From IMG/VR virus record IMGVR_UViG_2563366931_000002: 14,469 nucleotides of DNA. The stretch is one strand, 5' to 3'. Each line of letters begins with the position of its first letter. The stretch's first letter is position 1. Below the pieces are notes generated by a model. It ran no database searches. It was not told the DNA's origin and saw only the letters and a program-made list of their open reading frames with translations. The stretch is from a virus (Duplodnaviria; Heunggongvirae; Uroviricota; Caudoviricetes). Below, one piece after another: positions 8,180-14,469 of the stretch. A program made the position numbers and the translations under genes.

Positions 8180-10549
8180 ATGGCAGTACAGATTTCAGGT
8201 GTGCTGAAAGATGGTGCGGGAAAACCAATACAGAACTGCACTATTCAACTGAAGGCAAAGCGTAACAGCACCACGGTACTGGTGAACACGGTGGCCTCTG
8301 AAAATCCGGATGAAGCCGGGCGTTACAGCATGGATGTTGAGTATGGCCAGTACAGCGTTATCCTGCTTGTTGAAGGTTTTCCGCCTTCACATGCCGGAAC
8401 CATTACCGTCTATGAAGGTTCCAGACCAGGTACGCTGAATGATTTTCTCGGTGCCATGACGGAAGATGATGTCATGCCGGAAGCATTGCGTCGTTTTGAG
8501 GAAATGGTGGAAGAAGCGGCACGCAACGCCGAAGCCGCCTCTCAGAGCGCAGCGGCGGCAAAGAAATCCGAAACTGCAGCGGCATCATCGAAGAACGCGG
8601 CGAAAACCTCAGAAACGAATGCAGCTAATAGTGCACAGGCGGCAGCGACCTCAAAGACTGCATCGGCAAACTCCGCGACAGCAGCCAAAAAATCAGAAAC
8701 CAACGCGAAAAACAGCGAGACAGCCGCAAAGACGAGCGAAACCAACGCAAAGTCCAGCCAGACGGCAGCGAAAACCAGCGAAACGAATGCCAAAGCCAGT
8801 GAAACTGCGGCAAAAAACAGCCAGGTTGCAGCAGCCCAAAGCGAGAGCGCGGCAGCCGGTTCTGCGACTTCAGCAGCTGGATCAGCAACTGCTGCGGCTA
8901 ACAGCCAGAAAGCTGCGAAGACGAGTGAAACTAACGCAAAGTCCAGCCAGACGGCAGCGAAGACCAGCGAAACGAATGCCAAAGCCAGCGAAACTGCGGC
9001 GAAAAACAGCCAGGATGCAGCAGCCCAAAGCGAGAGTGCCGCAGCTGGTTCTGCAAGTGCGGCGGCTTCTTCTGCCACTGCATCAGCCAACAGTCAAAAA
9101 GCAGCAAAAACCAGTGAAACCAACACAAAGGCGAGCGAGACTGCGGCGACTAACTCGGCGAAAGCATCCGCTGCAAGCCAGATGGCTGCAAAAGCAAGTG
9201 AAGACGCAGCCAGGGAGTACGCAAGCCAGGCAGCTGAGCCGTATAAACAAGTTTTGCAGCCGTTGCCTGATGTGTGGATACCGTTTAATGACTCGATGGA
9301 TATGATTACAGGATTTGGCCCGGGATATAAAAAAATAACAGTGCGCGATGATGTGGTCACTATACCATCCGACAAAATTGTCCCGTTTTCCCGCGCGAGT
9401 TCCGCGACCTATATCAATAAGTCCGGCGCTCTTACCATTGCAGAAATTAATGAGCCACGTTTTGAAAAAGAAGGGCTGTTAATTGAAGGGCAGAGAACAA
9501 ATTACTTCACAAACTCAAACGCTCCGGAATTGTGGAATAAAAATCCAGGCCTGAAGATAAGCGAGACAAAAACCGATTCCAGGGGTTTTAAATATGCAAC
9601 GTTTACCCCAGAAAAATATTTAGATAGTTCTGGCTCATATGGAATTATATCAGGGGCAGCAGCAAATAAGATAGCGGTAGTCAAAAATGATGCAGTTACA
9701 ATATCCTTTAGAGCAAAAGGGGATAATGTAAGATTTGCGGCTAGATTTGATAAAGGGGATTCGCCAGTTGCTGTAGCTGCCATTTTTATTGATAGCGCCA
9801 CACTAGATACATTCACGTCTGGAGCAGATGCGTCTAATATTGCTGTGAAAAATGTTGTTCGTGACGGTGAGTGGGTTGCTGTAGAGGCTGTTTATAAAGT
9901 AACAGACGACTCTACATATATTAACGGCGCCATTCTGATGTCAAACAAACTGGGTGCTAATTTTGATAAGACTAGTTTTATGGATGTAACCACCCCTCAA
10001 ATAGAGCTAGGTTCTTGCTTATCATCATTTATTGTCACACCAGGTGTTCCTGCGACAAGGGCGAGTGATATGGTTATTTTTTCAACCAGAAATAACATAA
10101 GTTCTGTCCCTTTAAGCTGTCTTGTTGAAATACATAAAAATTGGGACTCTACGCCAAATCAGGCCCCACGAATTTTAACCACTATTGGCGTGGCGACTAA
10201 TGATGAACAACTGGTATTGGCTTTCAGGACGCCTACAAGTCCGGATGTAGAACCTTTACCTTATGTTCAGTTTGGAGTGAGATCTGCATATCTTAGTCCA
10301 TCTGTGAAGGCCGGGCGCAAAATGATTGCTGGTTTTGTCTGTAATAGCTCGACTGAATTTCGTTGCTGTTGTAATGGTTACCTGTCACCTGTTCAGACTT
10401 CGTCATGGAAGAATACCGGAGCTGCACATGAAATACGTATTGGGGGAACTTCTGCTGGAGGAGAACGTCACTTGTTTGGTCACGTTCGTAACCTGAGAAT
10501 ATGGCATAAAGAATTAACTGATGCGCAAATGGGGGAGAGTATTAAATGA
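8180..10549 (+). CDS. stf: Side tail fibre protein (Stf-like), mosaic: conserved lambda-Stf-like N-terminal domain, Ala/Ser/Thr-rich repeat shaft, low-GC C-terminal domain (possibly ConA/LamG-like lectin fold). The ORF track starts at GTG 8174; the ATG at 8180 with GGAG 5 bp upstream is the more likely start.
   Basis: The N-terminus from the ATG (MAVQISGVLKDGAGKPIQNCTIQLKAKRNSTTV...GRYSMDVEYGQYSVIL) closely resembles the lambda Stf N-terminus as I recall it. The central region has KTSETNAK / AAKNSQ repeats. The 3' half falls to roughly 40% GC. The C-terminal motif (HLFGHVRNLRIWHKELTDAQM) resembles the end of LamG-like jellyroll domains; this is inference. Confidence 0.8.
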   Translation: MAVQISGVLKDGAGKPIQNCTIQLKAKRNSTTVLVNTVASENPDEAGRYSMDVEYGQYSVILLVEGFPPSHAGTITVYEGSRPGTLNDFLGAMTEDDVMPEALRRFEEMVEEAARNAEAASQSAAAAKKSETAAASSKNAAKTSETNAANSAQAAATSKTASANSATAAKKSETNAKNSETAAKTSETNAKSSQTAAKTSETNAKASETAAKNSQVAAAQSESAAAGSATSAAGSATAAANSQKAAKTSETNAKSSQTAAKTSETNAKASETAAKNSQDAAAQSESAAAGSASAAASSATASANSQKAAKTSETNTKASETAATNSAKASAASQMAAKASEDAAREYASQAAEPYKQVLQPLPDVWIPFNDSMDMITGFGPGYKKITVRDDVVTIPSDKIVPFSRASSATYINKSGALTIAEINEPRFEKEGLLIEGQRTNYFTNSNAPELWNKNPGLKISETKTDSRGFKYATFTPEKYLDSSGSYGIISGAAANKIAVVKNDAVTISFRAKGDNVRFAARFDKGDSPVAVAAIFIDSATLDTFTSGADASNIAVKNVVRDGEWVAVEAVYKVTDDSTYINGAILMSNKLGANFDKTSFMDVTTPQIELGSCLSSFIVTPGVPATRASDMVIFSTRNNISSVPLSCLVEIHKNWDSTPNQAPRILTTIGVATNDEQLVLAFRTPTSPDVEPLPYVQFGVRSAYLSPSVKAGRKMIAGFVCNSSTEFRCCCNGYLSPVQTSSWKNTGAAHEIRIGGTSAGGERHLFGHVRNLRIWHKELTDAQMGESIK
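8727..8865 (+). repeat. Intragenic direct repeat copy A (139 bp) within the fibre shaft; repeat period 189 bp (63 codons)
   Basis: Aligned by eye to 8916..9054 with about 10 mismatches in 139 bp. It encodes AKTSETNAKSSQTAAKTSETNAKASETAAKNSQ.AAAQSESAAAGSA. Confidence 0.85.
8916..9054 (+). repeat. Intragenic direct repeat copy B (139 bp) within the fibre shaft; more diverged partial copies flank it
   Basis: Near-identical to 8727..8865 at nucleotide level. Flanking sequence (about 8560..8726 and 9055..9180) contains degenerate versions of the same unit. Confidence 0.85.
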
Positions 10550-10827
10550 AAGATTTAACACTCAAATTTGCAGACAGGGCCGACTTTTCGGCCTTTATGG
10601 AGAGCATTGGCTATTATGATGACGAGTTGATGCAGGATGATATTCTTATTGACGTGATAGGTAACGTGTACAAAGAAACCGGAGAACTGACTGAAGATGG
10701 CGAACCGGTATGTGTTAAGGAAGACGGATATTTTGTAAACGTGCGCATCATTAATGATGCAAAAAAATCGTCAATATTCGATGAATACGCGGTTGTTGTT
10801 GAACATCAACTTCGTGGCTGGATGTGA
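10546..10827 (+). CDS. Hypothetical small acidic protein (93 aa), translationally coupled to the fibre gene; function unknown
   Basis: The ATG overlaps the fibre stop (ATGA) and has a GGGGGAG Shine-Dalgarno-like sequence about 8 bp upstream. Low GC like the fibre 3' half. No motif I recognise. Confidence 0.5.
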   Translation: MKDLTLKFADRADFSAFMESIGYYDDELMQDDILIDVIGNVYKETGELTEDGEPVCVKEDGYFVNVRIINDAKKSSIFDEYAVVVEHQLRGWM

Positions 10828-10836
10828 GGGAGACAA

Positions 10837-11541
10837 ATGGCTACATCGACAGTAATTCCGGGAGACATCACCACGCTGAAGGGAGATGTCAGTAAAGCGA
10901 AGGAAGATATTTCCTCAATTAACAGTAAAGTATCAACGCTTCAGACTGATATGACCAGTGCAAAGCAGGATATCAGCTCCAGATACACAAAAACTGAAGT
11001 TGATAATAAGCTGAAAAACAAAGTGGAAGTGAACGATCTGGAAAGTGGTCGTTATGGCGGAGATTTTTATCCACTGACAGGTCGTGAAGCGTTTTATTTA
11101 TGGAATTTGGCCACGACTACAGCGGCGGCAAACCTTTATCTTAATCCTGACCCTGCAATTTCGTCTGTACTGCGGTCAACATCGTCTATCCGCTATAAGC
11201 ATTCAGTAGAGACGATAGATTCAGAGCACGCCGATCTCATTTTCAGGATGCGCCCTGTATGGTACAGGTCACAATGCGAAAATGACAGGCGTGACTGGGG
11301 ATTCTACGGATTGATTGCCGAGGAAGTAGGAGAAATTGCCCCTCAGTTTGTACACTGGCGATCAGCTAACGAAGATGATGCACGGGAAGCTATTTCCAGC
11401 AATGGCCTTGTTGCCGAAGGTGTAATGTACGAACGTCTGGTTGTTCCACTGATTCACCATATCCAGAAACTGACCGAAAGAGTTGATGAACTTGAGTCAG
11501 AATTGAAGTTGTTATCAACTTCCCGAAGCGATATCGGATAA
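10837..11541 (+). CDS. Short tail-fibre-like protein: N-terminal coiled coil plus C-terminal intramolecular-chaperone (peptidase S74-like) domain, 234 aa
   Basis: GAGGGAG Shine-Dalgarno upstream of the ATG. The N-terminal roughly 70 aa have heptad-like Ser/Thr/Lys/Asp periodicity. The C-terminus carries motifs typical of fibre/endosialidase C-terminal chaperone domains: SSIRYKHSVETID (Ser-x4-Lys), MRPVWYR, GLIAEEVGEIAPQFV, GVMYERLVVPLIHHIQKLTERVDELE. Confidence 0.7.
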   Translation: MATSTVIPGDITTLKGDVSKAKEDISSINSKVSTLQTDMTSAKQDISSRYTKTEVDNKLKNKVEVNDLESGRYGGDFYPLTGREAFYLWNLATTTAAANLYLNPDPAISSVLRSTSSIRYKHSVETIDSEHADLIFRMRPVWYRSQCENDRRDWGFYGLIAEEVGEIAPQFVHWRSANEDDAREAISSNGLVAEGVMYERLVVPLIHHIQKLTERVDELESELKLLSTSRSDIG

Positions 11542-11551
11542 AGGAGGAGTA

Positions 11552-11845
11552 ATGGATATAACACCTTTTCTTCATGCGCTTTGTGCTGTGGCTGCGCAGG
11601 TACTGATTGGTCTTTTTACCGGAAACTGGGTTTACGGGGCGATAGCCGGTTGTACGTTCTTCATTGCGCGTGAACACACCCAGGCAGAATATCGCTGGAT
11701 TGAAATGTTCGGGCATGGCAAGCGAATGAATATGCCGTGGTGGGGCGGTTTTGATTCGCGCGCATGGGATGTGGCAAGCCTGATGGATTTTGCTGTGCCG
11801 GTGGTGGCGTGTCTGCTGGTCTGGCTGTTGGTTAATCGTGGGTGA
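11552..11845 (+). CDS. Hypothetical small membrane protein (97 aa, 2-3 predicted transmembrane helices), last gene of the co-directional tail-region cluster
   Basis: Strong AGGAGG Shine-Dalgarno 6 bp upstream of the ATG. Hydrophobic stretches FLHALCAVAAQVLIGLF, VYGAIAGCTFFIA and LMDFAVPVVACLLVWLLV. No family recognised. Confidence 0.55.
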   Translation: MDITPFLHALCAVAAQVLIGLFTGNWVYGAIAGCTFFIAREHTQAEYRWIEMFGHGKRMNMPWWGGFDSRAWDVASLMDFAVPVVACLLVWLLVNRG

Positions 11846-12046
11846 AAAAAGGTGAGCTGTATATGCAACGGAGGAAGAAAGATCGTTGCTGGAAGCCTGA
11901 AAAAAGTATCGGGTGCTGCTAAACCGTGTGGACACTTCCGTAGCACCAGATATCGAGTGGCTTATTCAACCATAATAAACAGTATGTATATCATAGGTTA
12001 TTAATTGTGAGTTTTTTCGGTGTGTTATTTGTTTGTTTGATGTTAT

Positions 12047-12062
12047 GGAAGGTGCGAATAAG
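12047..12062. repeat. IS5 terminal inverted repeat (transposase-distal end)
   Basis: GGAAGGTGCGAATAAG read directly; matches the 13226..13241 reverse complement at 15 of 16 positions. Confidence 0.9.
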
Positions 12063-12192
12063 CGGGGAAATTCTTCTCGGCTGACTCAGTCATTTCATTT
12101 CTTCATGTTTGAGCCGATTTTTTCTCCCGTAAATGCCTTGAATCAGCCTATTTAGACCGTTTCTTCGCCATTTAAGGCGTTATCCCCAGTTT

Positions 12193-13218
<1,026 letters not shown>

Positions 13219-13225
13219 TCAGGGA

Positions 13226-13241
13226 CTTGTTCGCACCTTCC
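13226..13241. repeat. IS5 terminal inverted repeat (transposase-proximal end)
   Basis: CTTGTTCGCACCTTCC read directly; reverse complement GGAAGGTGCGAACAAG. Confidence 0.9.
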
Positions 13242-13245
13242 TTAT

Positions 13246-13719
13246 GCTTTTGCGCCCCAAAAGGTTGTTTAGATGTATTTTATCAATTGATTTTCAATAT
13301 CGTTTAATAAAGAAAAATTAAGCAAGCTGGATGTTGGTTTTTTGTTAATTGGATGGTTCTAATAATGTTTTTTTACTGTTGTTGAATGTGACTTGATAAG
13401 AAATGCAAGTAAAAATGATACTCTTTTTATTTTAAATTCAAACGGTTGACATATATATAGCAAGAGGTTTCAGGTGCGTTGTAGTGAGTTTATGTTAATA
13501 AAAAGTATAGTAAGCGTTGAAAAATGTAACTTTGAAATACGTTAGAATAAAAAACAATATACATATAATAATTTAATCTTAAATGAAATTTATTAAAATT
13601 TGCAAACTATAATTTTGTGTATAAAAATATAAATGCACATCATCCTGATTATGATTGTGTATTTAATTGGTTGTTATTTGACTGCTATCAACTTGTTTTA
13701 ATTTTATGATAGGTGCAAG
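13246..13719 (+). promoter_or_regulatory. Strongly AT-rich intergenic region upstream of the AraC-family gene; likely promoter / nucleoid-protein (H-NS-type) silencing region
   Basis: About 470 bp of roughly 25-30% GC DNA with many -35/-10-like hexamers (for example TTGACA at 13446..13451, TATAAT at 13564..13569). An AGGTG Shine-Dalgarno lies just upstream of the ATG at 13720. The exact promoter cannot be resolved by eye. Confidence 0.4.
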
Positions 13720-14469
13720 ATGGATTATGTTTGCTCCGTAGTTTTCATCTGTCAATCATTTGATTTAATTATAAACAGGAGAGTTATCTCGTTCAAAAAA
13801 AATTCATTGTTTATTGTAAGCGACAAAATTAGAAGGGAGTTACCAGTATGCCCCTCTAAACTAAGAATTGTTGATATAGATAAGAAAACATGTTTATCCT
13901 TTTTTATCGACGTGAATAATGAGCTGCCTGGCAAATTTACTCTTGATAAGAATGGCTATATTGCTGAAGAGGAACCTCCATTATCGCTTGTTTTTTCTCT
14001 GTTTGAAGGGATTAAAATAGCAGACTCACACTCCCTTTGGTTAAAAGAAAGACTATGTATATCCTTACTTGCCATGTTCAAAAAACGCGAAAGTGTAAAT
14101 TCTTTTATACTAACAAATATAAATACATTCACCTGTAAAATTACTGGAATAATCAGTTTTAATATTGAGCGGCAATGGCATTTAAAAGATATTGCGGAAT
14201 TGATTTATACGAGTGAAAGTTTAATAAAAAAAAGATTAAGGGATGAAGGAACGTCATTTACTGAAATATTGAGAGATACTAGGATGAGGTATGCAAAAAA
14301 ACTCATAACTTCAAACTCTTATTCTATCAATGTCGTAGCCCAGAAATGTGGCTATAACAGTACTTCATATTTCATATGTGCATTTAAAGATTATTATGGT
14401 GTCACGCCATCTCATTATTTTGAGAAAATAATCGGCGTCACAGATGGAATAAACAAAACAATTGACTGA
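13720..14469 (+). CDS. appY: AraC/XylS-family transcriptional activator, AppY-like (249 aa), prophage cargo
   Basis: 249-aa ORF with a C-terminal AraC-type helix-turn-helix ([44 protein letters not shown] ... [31 protein letters not shown]). Very AT-rich codon usage. Length, N-terminus ([14 protein letters not shown]...) and prophage-end context match E. coli AppY as I recall it. Confidence 0.7.

Noticed and set aside
8466-9305. 279-aa + strand ORF and 182-aa - strand ORF (8542..9090) over the fibre repeat region
   Set aside because: These are alternative frames of the Ala/Ser/Thr-rich repeat shaft, where the repeats remove stop codons in every frame. The translations are Arg/Gln/Lys-rich or Ala/Phe-rich low complexity.
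8180-11845. Invertible fibre segment (Mu G / e14 P-type) or diversity-generating retroelement acting on the fibre C-terminus
   Set aside because: There is no invertase (Gin/Pin) or reverse-transcriptase gene in the window, and I found no flanking inverted crossover sites or template-repeat copy of the fibre 3' end. The only repeats are direct in-frame shaft repeats.

Overview
This window is the distal part of a lambda-like (siphovirus) prophage tail operon, all on the + strand, followed by an insertion sequence and a prophage cargo regulator. Gene order is: tape-measure protein H (5' end cut by the window edge), M, L, K, I, host-specificity protein J, then a mosaic Stf-like side tail fibre whose 3' half is visibly lower in GC. 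Three small, translationally coupled, lower-GC genes follow the fibre (an acidic 93-aa protein, a 234-aa coiled-coil protein with a fibre-type C-terminal intramolecular-chaperone motif, and a 97-aa membrane protein). An intact 1195-bp IS5 (transposase on the - strand, terminal inverted repeats, 4-bp TTAT direct repeats) sits in the intergenic region downstream. A strongly AT-rich region then leads into a 249-aa AraC-family regulator that I recognise as AppY-like (DLP12-type prophage cargo). I found no rRNA, tRNA or CRISPR array. I cannot assert a clearly novel system from sequence alone; the best candidates for undescribed biology are the low-GC three-gene cassette at the end of the tail module and the IS5 insertion upstream of appY. 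All homology statements come from reading the translations and from memory of the lambda and E. coli families, not from a database search.
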